Source: the human T2T-CHM13v2.0 reference genome, Homo sapiens
Assembly (NCBI RefSeq): GCF_009914755.1
Contig: NC_060948.1
DNA: 64,000 nt
Reading direction: 5' to 3' (one strand)
Shown in pieces: positions 1 to 30,989 of this stretch. The stretch's first letter is position 1. Each line of letters begins with the position of its first letter. The notes under the pieces are model-generated. The model saw only the letters and a list, made by a program, of their open reading frames with translations. It was not told the DNA's origin and did no database searches. The position numbers and the translations under genes were made by a program.

Positions 1-80
1 CTTAGTTCTGAATTTTTTGAAATTCTTGAATGAGTTTCTTACGGGGGTAAGGTATACGTAACCTAAAATTTACCTGTTTT

Positions 81-402
<322 letters not shown>

Positions 403-404
403 TT

Positions 405-1159
<755 letters not shown>

Positions 1160-1160
<1 letters not shown>

Positions 1161-1640
1161 TTTTAACCTTTTTTAAATGTACAGTTCAGTAGCATTAAGG
1201 ACATTCTCATTATTGTGCAGTTTTCACCACCCTGCACTTCCCAAGCTTGTTTATCTTCCGCAACTGAAACTATGTCCTCATGAAACACTCTCAGGGCCGG
1301 GCGCGGTGGCTCACGCCTGTCATCCCAGCACTTTGGGAGGCCGAGGCCTGTGGATCACCTGAGGTCAGGAGTTCAAGACCAGCCTGGCCAACATGGAGAA
1401 ACCCCGTCTCTACTAAAAATACAAAAATCAGCCCGGCGTGGTGGCGCACGTCTGTAATCTCAGCTACTCGGGAGGCTGAGGCAGGAGAATGGTCTGAACC
1501 CGGGAAGAGGAGCTTGCAGTGAGCCGAGATCACGACACTGCACTCCAGTCTGGGTGACGGAGTGAGACTCCCTCTGCAATCAAACAAACAACAACAACAA
1601 AAAAACAGTCCCTCCTCATTCCCCTCCCACAGCCCCTGGC
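1160..1640 (-). mobile_element. Old L1MB-type 3' UTR fragment interrupted by a plus-strand Alu (1294-1605)
   Basis: TGTACAGTTCAGTAGCATTAAG...AACTGAAACT...CAGCCCCTGGC matches the remembered L1MB 3' end. Confidence 0.7.
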
Positions 1641-2666
<1,026 letters not shown>

Positions 2667-2667
2667 A

Positions 2668-3720
<1,053 letters not shown>

Positions 3721-3756
3721 TAACTCCAAAAAAAAAAAATAGAAGTGTTCATACAA

Positions 3757-7729
<3,973 letters not shown>

Positions 7730-7730
<1 letters not shown>

Positions 7731-10030
7731 TACTTCATATTCCTTTTCATGGCTGAGTAATATTCCCCATATGGGTGGACCATGTTCTGTTCCTCCATTC
7801 ATCTGTTGATGGGCACCTGGGTTATCCCATACCTTAGCTATTATGAATAACACACAGACTTCCTATTCCTTTTCATGGCTGAGTAATATTCCCCGTATGG
7901 GTGGACCACATTCTGTTCCTCCATTCATCTATTGATAGACACTTGGGTTATCCCATATTTTACCTATTGTAACTATTGCAGTGAGGACTTCATTCCCTTT
8001 TCATGGCTGAGTAATATTCCCCTCTATGGGTGGACCATGTTCTATTCTTCCATTCATCTGTTGATGGGCACTAGGGTTATCCTATACCTTAACTGTTGTG
8101 AATAAAACAAAGACTTCCTATTCCTTTTCATGGCTGAGTAATATTCCCCGTATGGGTGGACCACATTCTGTTCCTCCATTCATCTATTGATAGACACTTG
8201 GGTTATCCCATATTTTACCTATTGTAACTATTGCAGTGAGGACTTCATTTCCTTTTTATGGCTGAGTAATATTCCCCTGTATGGGTGGACCATGTTCTGT
8301 TCCTCCATTCGTCTGTTGATGGGCACTAGGGTTATCCCATAACTTAGCTATTATGAATAATGCCAAGACTTCACGTTCCTTTTCATGGCTGAGTAATATT
8401 CCCCTGCATGGGGGGACCATCTTCTGTTCTTCCATTCCTCTATTGATAGACACCCATATCTTAGCTATTGTAACTAATACAGTGAGGACTTCACTCCCTT
8501 TTTATGGCTAAGTAATATTCTCCTGTATGGGTGGACGATGATCTATTCCTCCATTCATCTGTTGATGGGAACTTGGGTTATCCCATAACTTAGCTGTTGT
8601 GAATAACACAAAGCCTTCCTATTCCTTTTCACGGCTGAGTAATATTCCCCGTATGGGTGGACCACATTCTGTTCCTCCATTCATCTATTGATAGACACTT
8701 GGGTTATCCCATATTTTACCTATTGTAACTATTGCAGTGAGGACTTCATTCGCTTTTCATGGCTGAGTAATATTCCCCTCTATGGGTGGACCATGTTCTA
8801 TTCTTCCATTCATCTGTTGATGGGCACTAGGGTTATCCTATACCTTAACTGTTGTGAATAAAACAAAGACTTCCTATTCCTTTTCATGGCTGAGTAATAT
8901 TCCCCGTATGGGTGGACCACATTCTGTTCCTCCATTCATCTATTGATAGACACTTGGGTTATCCCATATTTTACCTATTGTAACTATTGCAGTGAGGACT
9001 TCATTTCCTTTTTATGGCTGAGTAATATTCCCCTGTATGGGTGGACCATGTTCTGTTCCTCCATTCGTCTGTTGATGGGCACTAGGGTTATCCCATAACT
9101 TAGCTATTATGAATAATGCCAAGACTTCACGTTCCTTTTCATGGCTGAGTAATATTCCCCTGCATGGGGGGACCATCTTCTGTTCTTCCATTCCTCTATT
9201 GATAGACACCCATATCTTAGCTATTGTAACTAATACAGTGAGGACTTCACTCCCTTTTTATGGCTAAGTAATATTCTCCTGTATGGGTGGACGATGATCT
9301 ATTCCTCCATTCATCTGTTGATGGGAACTTGGGTTATCCCATAACTTAGCTGTTGTGAATAACACAAAGCCTTCCTATTCCTTTTCATGGCTGAGTAATA
9401 TTCCCCGTATGGGTGGACCACATTCTGTTCCTCCATTCATCTATTGATAGACACTTGGGTTATCCCATATTTTACCTATTGTAACTATTGCAGTGAGGAC
9501 TTCATTCCCTTTTTATGGCTCAGTAATATTCCCCTGTATGGGTGGAACATGTTCTGTTCTTCCATTCATCTGTTGATGGGCACTACGGTTATCCTATACG
9601 TTAACTGTTGTGAATAACAAAGGCTTCATATTCCTTTTCATAGCTGAGTAATACTCCCCTGTATGGGTGGACCATGTTCCATTCCTCCAATCATCTATTG
9701 ATAGACACTTAGGTTATCCTACCTCTTAGCTATTGTGAATAACACAAAGACTTCTTATTCCTTTTCATGGCTGAGTAACATTCTCCTGTATGGGTGGACC
9801 ATGATCTATTCCTCCATTCATCTGTTGATAGGCACTTGGGTTATCCCATACCTTAGCTATTGTGAATAACACAAAGACTTCCTATTCCTTTTCACGGCTG
9901 AGTAATAGTCTTCTCTATGGGTGGACCATGATCTATTCCTCCATGTTCATAGATACTTGGGTTATTCCATATCGTAGCTATTGTAACTAATACGATGAGG
10001 ACTTCATTCCCTTTTTTTGGCTGAATAATA
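7730..10030. repeat. L1MA-derived minisatellite, ~18 monomers of 120-129 bp with a 756-bp higher-order repeat
   Basis: Monomer starts at 7732, 7858, 7987, 8113, 8242, 8368, 8488, 8614, 8743, 8869, 8998, 9124, 9244, 9370, 9499 and onward; identical ORFs at 8256-8453 and 9012-9209 are offset by 756. Confidence 0.95.
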
Positions 10031-10302
10031 TTCGAGATACAAGATGTCAAGGTACAATGATGAAGTTTATGACTTCCCAGTTTTTTCTTTTTCTTAGGGA
10101 ACAGCCAAGAACTAACATGTTTCCTACACTTTCTATTTTCCTTTCCAATGAATGGTCTCTCTGTGATTTCATTAGGAAAAATACCCCAATTTCCTTACAT
10201 GCCAATGTATAGAGAACAGGTAGAGATCCAGATGGAAGATTAGAGATCAATTGACCTTTTAGTTTGTAAGTGTCTTATGTATATGAACATAAGCATGTTT
10301 TA

Positions 10303-10548
<246 letters not shown>

Positions 10549-10834
10549 TTCCTATATTCCTATAGGGTTCCTATATTTGCATAATTCATTAGTAGAGAAA
10601 TTCAGGTTTCTCATAATGAATCTTCTGAATATCTAACCATGTTAGTTATGAGTTGGCCATTCCTAATAGCTTTTATGAAATAAAATCAAGCTTGACTTTT
10701 TTTCTCTTTTGCTGTCAAAATTCTCATTATTAACTGGAATATTCATGGGAAAATGGCAGATAATGTCAAGCCAGTCATCCACTTTGGCTTTGCGTTTTTA
10801 AAATTGATAAGTCAACCTTCTAAACTGTCTTTTA

Positions 10835-11190
10835 AAAATTTTATTTTATTTTACTTCAAGTTCTGGGGTACATGTGCAGAACGTGCAGGTTTGTTACATA
10901 GGTACACGTGTGCCATGGTGGTTTGCTGCACCTGTCAACCTGTCATCTAGGTTTTAAGCCCTGCATGCATTAGGACAAATACCTCCCCTTGCCCCCCAGC
11001 CCCCAACAGGCCCCGGTGTGTAATGTTCCCTCCCTGTGTCCATGTGTTCTTGATGTTCAACTCCCATTTTTGAGTGAGAACATGCGGTGTTTGGTTTTCT
11101 GTTCCTGTGTGAGTTTGCTGAGCACGATGGCTTCCAGCTTCATCCATGTCCCTGCAAAGGACATGATCTCATTCATTTTCATAGCTGCAC
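10835..11190 (-). mobile_element. L1PA (7/8-like) 3' fragment
   Basis: TTCTGGGGTACATGTGCAGAACGTGCAGG 3' UTR sequence; approximate flanking repeat ACCTTCTA. Confidence 0.85.
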
Positions 11191-11194
11191 CTTC

Positions 11195-12560
<1,366 letters not shown>

Positions 12561-12709
12561 TCCGAGCAACTCTCTCTTACCGGGGATTATATTCTACTTG
12601 ACTTCTCCTGCTTGGAGTAGTGGGGAAGTGTCTGGTGGAATAATAGGAATTCTTTTGTAAGGGAGGTTGGGCTCTTCTCCCATGTTTATGTTTGAGTTAA
12701 TCCTTTTAT

Positions 12710-13140
12710 AAAGGTATATATAATGTATATATATATATATGTAATACACATAAAATATGCCATATACATATACACAAGAAATACAAATATCTATATATAA
12801 CATTAATATGATCTCAGTATAAATTCATATATATACTAGTATAAACTCACTAGTATAAGTATAAAGTATATTAGTATAATAAACATATGTTACTGTAAAC
12901 TCTGTATTATATATTAGCATAATAAATATATATTTGAATTCAGTATAAACTCATATATAGTAGAATAAACTCATCAGCATTGGTATAATATAAACTCATT
13001 ACTATTAAGTCATATATATACTAGTATAAACTCATTATTACTTAAATAGTATAAATATATGTATTAGTATAAATTCATTAGTATAAATACATACTAGTAT
13101 AAACTCATTAGTATACGTAATATATGTATAATATATATAT
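12710..13140. repeat. AT-rich degenerate minisatellite (TATACTAGTATAAACTCAT), left part
   Basis: Recurrent ACTAGTATAAACTCAT motif; same family as 19429-20560. Confidence 0.85.
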
Positions 13141-13623
13141 TTTTTTTATATCAGACAAGAATTTTGTACTTTATTCTGTAGGCAATGAGGGGCATTGAAA
13201 GTAGGTCCTTTAGCAAGAACGGGGCATAGTCAGAGCTTTAAAAGAAAGATCAATACGTCAGCAATTGTGAAATAAAATGTCATCATTATTATATAGCAAA
13301 TAAAAATGGAAACATTAGAATTCCAATAGGTAAGATCCCAGAATACAATGATTCTAAAGTAAGATATTCACCTTTCCCAATTATTGCTTTTTTTTTTAAA
13401 TTTTTTAAGTTTATTTCTTTTATTATTTAAATTTTAGGGTACATGTGCACATTGTGCAGGTTAGTTACATATGTATACATGTGCCATGCTGGTGAGCTGC
13501 ACCCACTAACTCGTCATCTAGCATTAGGTATATCTCCCAATGCTATCCCTCCCCCCTCCCCCCACCCCACAACAGTCCCCAGAGTGTGATGTTCCCCTTC
13601 CTGTGTCCATGTGTTCTCATTGT

Positions 13624-17465
<3,842 letters not shown>

Positions 17466-17513
17466 TTATTTTGCTCGTTAGTTGATGCAGTTTCTTCCTC
17501 GTCTTGATGGTCT

Positions 17514-18522
17514 TTACATTTTGGCATGATTTTGCAGTGGCTGGTACTGGTTGTTCCTTTCCATGTTTAGTGCTTCCTTCAGGAGCTCTTTTAGGGCAGG
17601 CCTGGTGGTGACAAAATCTCTCAGCATTTGGTTGTCTGTAAAGTATTTTATTTCTCCTTCACTTATGAAGCTTAGTTTGGCTGGATATGAAATTCTGGGT
17701 TGAAAATTCTTTAAGAATGTTGAATATTGGCCCCCACTCTCTTCTGACTTGTAGGATTTCTGCTGAGAGATCTGCTGTTAGTCTGATGGGCTTCCCTTTG
17801 AGGGTAACCTGACCTTTCTCTCTGGCTGCCCTTAACATTTTTTCCTTCATTTCAACTTTGGTGAATCTGACAATTATGTGTCTTGGAGTTGCTCTTCTCG
17901 AGGAGTATCTTTGTGGCGTTCTCTGTATTTCCTGAATCTGAATGTTGGCCTGACTTGCTAGATTGGGGAAGTTCTCCTGGATAATATCCTGCAGAGTGTT
18001 TTCCAACTTGGTTCCATTCTCCCCATCACTTTCAGGTACACCAATCAGACGTAGATTTGGTCTTTTCACATAGTCCCATATTTCTTGGAGGCTTTGCTCA
18101 TTTCTTTTTATTCTTTTTTCTGTAAACTTCCCTTCTCGCTTCATTTCATTCATTTCATCTTCCATCGCTGATACCCTTTCTTCCAGTTGATCGCATCGGC
18201 TCCTGAGGCTTCTGCATTCTTCACGTAGTTCTCGAGCCTTGGTTTTCAGCTCCATCAGCTCCTTTAAGCACTTCTCTGTATTGGTTATTCTAGTTATACA
18301 TTCTTCTAAATTTTTTTCAAAGTTTTCAACTTCTTTGCCTTTGATTTGAATGTCCTCCCGTAGCTCAGAGTAATTTGATCGTCTGAAGCCTTCTCTCAGC
18401 TCGTCAAAGTCATTCTCCGTCCAGCTTTGTTCCGTTGCTGGTGAGGAACTGCGTTCCTTTGGAGGAGGAGAAGCTCTCTGCTTTTTAGAGTTTCCAGTTT
18501 TTCTGTTCTGTTTTTTCCCCAT
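17514..18522 (-). pseudogene. L1 ORF1p, frameshifted
   Basis: MGKKQNRKTGNSKKQ start; span is 1009 bp versus 1017 canonical (3-bp deletion plus 5-bp deletion near 17710), so the ORF stops at 287 aa. Confidence 0.95.
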
Positions 18523-19425
18523 CTTTGTGGTTTTATCTACTTTTGGTCTTTGATGATGGTGATGTACAGATGGGTTTTTGGTGTGGATGTCCTTTCTGTT
18601 TGTTAGTTTTCCTTCTAACAGACAGGACGCTCAGCTGCAGGTCTGTTGGAATACCCTGCCGTGTCAGGTGTCAGTGTGCCCCTGCTGGGGGGTGCCTCCC
18701 AGTTAGGCTGCTCGGGGGTCAGGGGTCAGGGACCCACTTGAGGAGGCAGTCTGCCTGTTCTCAGATCTCCAGCTGCATGCTGGGAGAACCACTGCTCTCT
18801 TCAAAGCTGTCAGACAGGGACATTTAAGTCTGCAGAGGTTACTGTTGTCTTTTTGTTTGTCTGTGCCCTGCCCCCAGAGGTGGAGCCTACAGAGGCAGGC
18901 AGGCCTCCTTGAGCTGTGGTGGGCTCCACCCAGTTCGAGCTTCCCGGCTGCTTTGTTTACCTAAGCAAGCCTGGGCAATGGCGGGCGCCCCTCCCCAAGC
19001 CTCGCTGCCGCCTTGCAGTTTGATCTCAGACTGCTGTTCTAGCAATCAGCGAGACTCCATGGGCGTGGGACCCTCCGAGCCAGGTGCGGGATATAATCTC
19101 CTGGCGTGCCGTTTTTTAAGCCGGTCTGAAAAGCGCAGTATTCGGGTGGGAGTGACCCAATTTTCCAGGTGCCGTCTGTCACCCCTTTCTTTGACTAGGA
19201 AAGGGAACTCCTTGAACCCTTGCGTTTTCGGAGTGAGGCAATGCCTCCCCCTGCTTCGGCTCGTGCATGGTGCGCGCACCCGCTGACCTGCGCCCACTGT
19301 CTGGCACTCCCTAGTGAGATGAACCTGGTACCTCAGATGGAAATGCAGAAATCACCATCTTCTGCGTCGCTCATGCTGGGAGCTGTAGACCGGAGCTGTT
19401 CCTATTCGGCCATCTTGGCTCCTCC
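18523..19425 (-). promoter_or_regulatory. L1 5' UTR internal sense/antisense promoter, CpG-rich, intact YY1 site
   Basis: CAAGATGGCCG (YY1 motif) at ~19407-19417 on the minus strand; many CpGs retained. Confidence 0.75.
18978..19286 (+). CDS. L1 ORF0 (antisense ORF of the 5' UTR), open for 102 codons
   Basis: ATG at 18978 encodes MAGAPPQASLPPCSLISDCCSSNQRDS..., the primate L1 ORF0 N-terminus; expression not shown. Confidence 0.6.
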   Translation: MAGAPPQASLPPCSLISDCCSSNQRDSMGVGPSEPGAGYNLLACRFLSRSEKRSIRVGVTQFSRCRLSPLSLTRKGNSLNPCVFGVRQCLPLLRLVHGARTR

Positions 19426-19428
19426 GGC

Positions 19429-20560
19429 TGTATAACATATATTAATGTAAACTCTAGTATAAACATGTATATACTAGTATAAACTCATGTATATACTAGT
19501 ATAAACTCATGTATATACTAGTATAAACTCAGGTATATACTAGTATAAACTCAGGTATATACTAGTATAAACTCATGTATATACTAGTATAAACTCATTA
19601 GTATTTGTATAATATATATTAGTATAATAAATTAGTGTAAACTCATTAGTATAAGCTCATATATAGTAGAAAAACCCATTACTATTTGTATAATATATAT
19701 TAGTATAATAAAGATATAGGTATAAACTTATTAGTATAAACATATATGCTAATATAAACTCAGTATAAGTGTAATATATATTAGTATAATATCAACATAA
19801 ACTAGCAGAAACTAATATATATACTAGTATAAACTCATTAGTATTTGTATAAGTATAATATACATTAGTGTAAACTCATTAGTATAAACTCATATAGTAG
19901 AATAAACCCATTACTATTTGTATAATATATATTAGCATAATAAATATATAGGTATAAACTCAGTATAAACATATACGCTAATATAAACTCATTAGTATAA
20001 GTGTAATACATATTAGTATTATAAATATCAACATAAACTCTAGTAGAAACTAATATATGTACTAGTATAAACTCATTAGTATTTGTATAATATATATTAG
20101 TATCATAAATATATATTACTGTAAACTCATTAGTATAAACTCATGTATATAGTAGAATAAACCCAGTAGTATTTGTATAATAATATTAGTATAATAAATA
20201 TACATTGTTATAAACTCATTAGTATAAACATATATAGTAGTATAAACTCATTAGTATTTGTATAATATATTAATATGATTAATATACCAAATATACCAAT
20301 AAAAATTGGTATAAATTCATTAGTATAAACTCATATATACTAGTATAAACTCAGTATCTGTATATTAGTATATATTATAAACTCATAAACACATATACTA
20401 GTATAAACTCATTAGAATTTGTATTATATATTAATAGTATAAACTCCTATATATACTAGTATAAACTCAGTATTTTTATAATATAAATATGTTAGTAGAA
20501 ACTCATCAGTGTAAAGTCATCTAAATTAGTATAGTAAATATATACTAGTGTAAACTCATG
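19429..20560. repeat. AT-rich minisatellite, 22-bp core GTATATACTAGTATAAACTCAT, right part
   Basis: Near-perfect 22-mers at ~19470-19600, then degenerate longer-period copies. Confidence 0.9.
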
Positions 20561-20849
20561 GCTATCTGTTAACAAACAGGAAGGTACAGAGCTGATGTCT
20601 TGAGCTAGCTGGAGATTGCCTTCCGTGGTGGGTTATAACCCAGTACTATCCTTAGCTATTTTTAATTTTTATTTTTATTTTACTCTGTGGCCCAGATGGT
20701 TTAAGTCTTGCCATTGGTTGGTCTTGGGAAGATCTTCCAGACTGGCTGCGGCATTGTGACCTGTGCAGTGTCCCTCATTTTGAGTTTTTCTGATGTTTTC
20801 TCATGGTTAGAGGGAGGCTTTGCATTTTTGGAAGTCCTCTGTTTGTTAG

Positions 20850-23520
<2,671 letters not shown>

Positions 23521-24162
23521 AGAGTTCTCTTTTTATATATGGTCCTAGTGACGGAATGCTGGTGATGAATATGTCAAGATTCGCGCCTCCCATCTCTCAA
23601 ACTAGGAGAAGCAAATGCTGATGAGACACTAAGACAATTCCAAGGCACAGGGCAATGTTTTCTCGGCTGGCAGTTCTGCTGCGTTTTGTCATGGCACATG
23701 TCCTACATATTGGAATTACTCCATCTGCAGAGGAGGAGGAGCCTCAATCTTCAGCTTCAGTGGTGCCTTTGGCAGCAAGGACCTGGAGATTGTTCACTTG
23801 TGAAGGATGCAGGGGACAGATTCAGGGCCAGGTGAGCACGTCCATTTAGGGTTTGGGAGCTGGACGGCAGCTCTGATTTTTCAGCCTTCCCATCATTGTT
23901 GCAGAAACAGCCATCTCCTTGGGGGATTATCGCATTTCGGTCAGGGAGGCGTGTTTCCCCAACCTCCCCACACCCTGCATACTTCATCCTGTATCTGGTC
24001 TTCAGAGCTGTGTCTTCCTCATCAGCCCTCGCTGATGGGGGGTGGCTGGGAGTATCCAGCCTTTTCCACCTGTATTAGGGCATCGGGGGAAAGACAAGAG
24101 ACGGGAACTGGGTGTGCCTGTTTCTCAACCACCAAAAAGGTCCATCAAAAGTTTATATACTT

Positions 24163-25855
<1,693 letters not shown>

Positions 25856-26099
25856 GTTTGTATACTTAACCATGTGGAGTTTGCCTTATACTTTGAACCC
25901 TTCCAAGAGCTGGGTGGCGCAAAGATCTTTAACTGAATCCCAGACTCATCTATTAGAAGTTCTCTGCATCTTACATGAATTTCAAGCTCACTTCATTTAT
26001 TTTCTATAATCCCTTCTTTGGGGATTTGTGTGTAGTGTCTAAGTCAGCCATTTTATTCTTAGCAAAAGCTGTCATTGCTTTGTAAGATGTTGTAATTCA

Positions 26100-26760
26100 A
26101 GAATATTTATCATCTATTTATATAGATCTTCATAATTATCTACCTTCATTAATATCTACCTATCCATTATCTAATCTATCATCTATCCATCATCTGTGTA
26201 TCTCTGTCTACCTATTTATCTATCTACCTATCTAATCTATCATCTATCCATCTATCATCTGTGTATCTCTACCTATTTATCTACCTATCATGTATCGTTG
26301 TCTATTCATATATTATCATTTACCTCTTCTATCTACCTACCTATCATCTATCCATCTATCATCTGTGTATCTGTCTATGTATTTATGTATCTATCTATCA
26401 CCTATCATTATCTATTAATGTATTATCTATCATTTACCTCATCTATCCATCCACCCAGCTATTTATTTATAGATCTATTTATCTACCCATCACTTATCAC
26501 CTATCCATATTCATCTGTCATCTGTTCATGTATTCTTTCTACTTATCTTGCCATTTACCTATCATCTATCTTATGTACCTATCATTCTATCATCTGTCTA
26601 TTGATCAGTTATGTAGCAATCTATCATCTCTATCATCTATCTGTCATCTCTCTCCATCATCTGTCTGTGTCTACCCTATTTATCTATCTATCTACCTACC
26701 TACCTACCTATCTATGTCTCTATCTACATATCTAGGTCTTTATTTATTATCTATCAATTT
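26100..26760. repeat. Degenerate (TATC/TCTA)n tract
   Basis: Visible tetranucleotide low-complexity sequence. Confidence 0.9.
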
Positions 26761-27578
26761 TTCTCCTCCCCTTCTTTTTGCTCCGCCCTCTGCATTGGGC
26801 TTCAAAGGAATCCAGTTGGAATGTGAATTTCAGGGATAGCATGAAATGATGCCTGGGATCCCAGCACCGATACCCTACATCTGACCTCAAAGCTTCTAGA
26901 AAGAGTGTTACTCAACCATGTGCTCCTTAAGAGATGGGTGTTAATAAAAGAGGAAAAGCCAAGTTTTCTAAGGTTTCAAGGCATCAGGCTGTTCTCAACC
27001 ACTGCTCCGTTCACCTCCTAGAACAGAATCGGGCTCAAAGAGAAGGTGCGTGATGAGTATATGCGGCAGCAATAAATGCTCAGCCGCCAATAAATGCTCA
27101 ACATCTGCTTGACTTTTCTTCAAGATGCCCCAGATGTGGGAGTGCTTCCTTCCTGGGGAAGTCGCTTGTGTCATCAAATGTAAAATCTCCTCTTACATCT
27201 CCTGTTCTCTGGGATATAATTACATCGTTTGCCAGAGATTTTCTTCAAGCGTGACGGCCAATGTTGTTACCTTGTGACAACTTTCTCTTCTCAGTCCTGG
27301 TTCAGTGCTAGAGGTAAGGTAGCGGCCGTGTCAGAATTCTGAACACATTTGGTTCAGAATAAAATCAGTGCTCACCATGATCCTTATGAGTCTGACCGAT
27401 GTTTGTGTCTGCACTTTGGCCTCTTGGCTCTTTAAGTGAAAGTTGTAAATTTTCTGTTGTAAACAGCCCAGAAATGTCAAATCCTTGACCCAGGGAGAAA
27501 GAGAATAAATCAAGCCCCTAATGTGTTTCATATTCAGAGAAGCATTCAAAGGTTGATGAGAAATAAATGTTTATTTAA

Positions 27579-28472
<894 letters not shown>

Positions 28473-28631
28473 CTTGTATTCTTACTGATGTGGCCATGAG
28501 CAGGTTGAATAGTTACTGCATGGTTTTCCTTTTAATGTGGGATTTTCTGTTCATGGCCATAAGCTGAACATCTTGTCTAGGTTGTGGTTAAGGCTAAGGA
28601 ACATATAACTCAAGAGCAGGCATTTTCCTTA

Positions 28632-28820
28632 GCCGAGGGTGTGAGTTCCAGTCTGAGTCTGAAGGCCTGAGACCCAGGAGAGCTGAGGGTGTCAGCTCCA
28701 GTCTGAGTCTGAAGACTTGAGACCCAGGAGAGCTGAGGGTGTGAGTTCTAGTGTGAGTCTGAAGGCCTGAGACCCAGGAGAGCTGAGGGTGTGAGTTCCA
28801 GTCTGAGTCTGAAGGCCTGA
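28632..28820. repeat. 50-bp MLT2-like unit, ~3.8 copies (GAGGGTGTGAGTTCCAGTCTGAGTCTGAAGGCCTGAGACCCAGGAGAGCT)
   Basis: Unit starts at 28635, 28685, 28735 and 28785. Confidence 0.9.
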
Positions 28821-29529
28821 TCTTTCAGCTCAATCAGAGAGCTTTTTCAGTGCTTTTAAAATCCATTTGTCCATATTGAGATTATTGTTCTCAGCTGTAT
28901 TTTCAATGTCGTCACACTTCTGAGTTTATCAAGCCTGGTACATTTGCATGTGATTGTGTGAATTTGTGTTTATTTCTGGGCCAAGGTAGAAAGAATAATG
29001 AAATCATTCTTATTGAAAGATGAATCAAGTCCATTCCCTAATTATTTCCTCCTTCATGCTGGTGGCCTTGGGTTTCAGAGATGAGAGTGGAGGAAGAGGA
29101 GGTATCTCAGAAGCTATCAGGAGACTGCATTCCAGCTGGGTGACTCCTAAGTTGGGCGGGGGAATTTTAAAAAACACCAGTATCTCTTCCTCCCCTTTGC
29201 CTGCCTGGACTTTGATCTACCATCAGAGAATGGTCCTTTTCAGGGCCACGCAGGGTACCAGGAGGGGTCCAGGAGGAGGTGGGGCTTGGCCATCCTGATG
29301 CCATTCTTGCCTCAATAGCCTCTGAATGACAAAAAACAAGCAAGTGGGCTGTTAGGTTGCATTGCTGAAAAATGTCACAGGCATCCCCTCTGCAGCACGA
29401 CATCACCGGACCTCAAAAGCAGCCTCCTTGGTGGGGCATCCTGGTCCCAGAAGTCAGGAGAGTCTAGAGTTGCTTTCATTCCTGTTTACCTGGAATCACG
29501 CATTGCAAGTGTTCATTCCCTTGTGGAGT

Positions 29530-30057
29530 CCTTCTTTCCCTCCCTCCCTCTCTTCCTTCCTTCCTTCTTTCCCTTCCTTCCTTCTTTCCTTCTTTCCCTT
29601 CCTTCTTTCCCTCCCTCCCTCCCTCCCTCTCTCTTCCTTCCTTCCTTCTTTCCTTCTTTGCTTCCTTCCTTCCTTCTTTCCCTTCCCTCCCTCCCTTCTT
29701 TCCCTCCCTCCCTCCTTCCCTCCCTTCTTCCTTCCCTCCCTCCCTCCCTCCTTCCTTCCTTTCGTCCTTCCTCTTGTCTTGCTCTGTCGCCCAGGCTGGA
29801 CTGCAGTGGTGCAATCTCAGCTCACTGCAACCTCTGCCTCCTAGGTTCAAGTGATTCTTCTGCCTCAGCCTCCCGAGTAGCTGTGATTACAGGTGTCCGC
29901 CACCACAGCCGGCTAATTTTTTTTTTTTGTATTTTTAGTAGAGATGCAGTTTCACCATGTTGGTCAGGCTGGTCTCGAACCCCTGACCTCAGGTGATCCA
30001 CCCACCTTGGCCTCCCAAAGTGCTGGGATGACAGGTGTGAGCCCCTGCACCCAGCCG
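29530..30057 (-). mobile_element. Alu with expanded (CCTT/CCCT)n tail
   Basis: Polypyrimidine tract 29530-29775 runs directly into an antisense Alu. Confidence 0.9.
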
Positions 30058-30436
30058 GTAGCTGTCTTTCCTTGGCTGGGGTGTCTACGCAATTGAGCTT
30101 GGGTTAGGGGCAACTATGCATTTAATGCAGGTTGGTCAATTATATGGTTTACTCTTTAGGGTCTTCCTTTGCAAAGAGTGTACAGTAATGGATGCCATGT
30201 GGGTGGCTGGGATGTGGCAGACATTCTCTGGAATAATGCTGGCAAAATGCTCTTTCCTCCTAAGAGAAAAAGATGCCCATCTGTCCAGGAAGATGCCTGA
30301 GAAAACAGTCATCAATCGGGAAAGAAAAACATAGCCGTCTCCATTGCACGCCGCATTTGAGCCGCTGCTATATTTCTCTCTTTAGTTGTGTGTGTCTATG
30401 TGTGTGTCTATGCCTGTGTGAATGTAGTATAAGATC

Positions 30437-30600
30437 CAGACTGAAAGCCTGAGACCCAGGAGAGCCGAGGGTGTGAGTTCCAGTCTGAGTCTGAAGGCCT
30501 GAGACCCAGGAGAGCTGAGGGTGTGAGTTCCAGTGTGAATCTGAAGACCCGAGACCCAGGAGAGCTGAGAGTGTGATTTCTAGTCTGAGTCTAAAGGCCT
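30437..30600. repeat. Second mini-array of the 50-bp MLT2-like unit, ~3.3 copies
   Basis: GAGACCCAGGAGAGC(C/T)GAG recurs at 50-bp spacing. Confidence 0.9.
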
Positions 30601-30989
30601 GCATCTGGAACTGACACTGTCAGCTTTGTGTGAGAATGTACAAGGATTGTCAAAGCTGCTGAGGTCGTTAAACATTTCATACTCTCTCTCTCTTTTTTTA
30701 ATCATACTGCAGCCATTCTTTTTTCCCTAAGTGATTTATGTTTCTAAACCACTGAGAAGCAATAAAGTGTCATCAACCGCAAATTGTGCCTATTGCAAAG
30801 TGAAGTCTTACATTGCTTTAGCCTGCAAAAAGCATGAGGATTCTGAAGTAAAATATCAGCAATGCATTCATTATAATGATTTTGTGGTTCAACTGAAGCT
30901 TATATGTCAGAGAACCCATGCTTATTTTTATTTACTTTGTTTTTTGAAAGTCAAAATTTACCTTTATTTAAAAGTTTTTCTTTTTTTAA

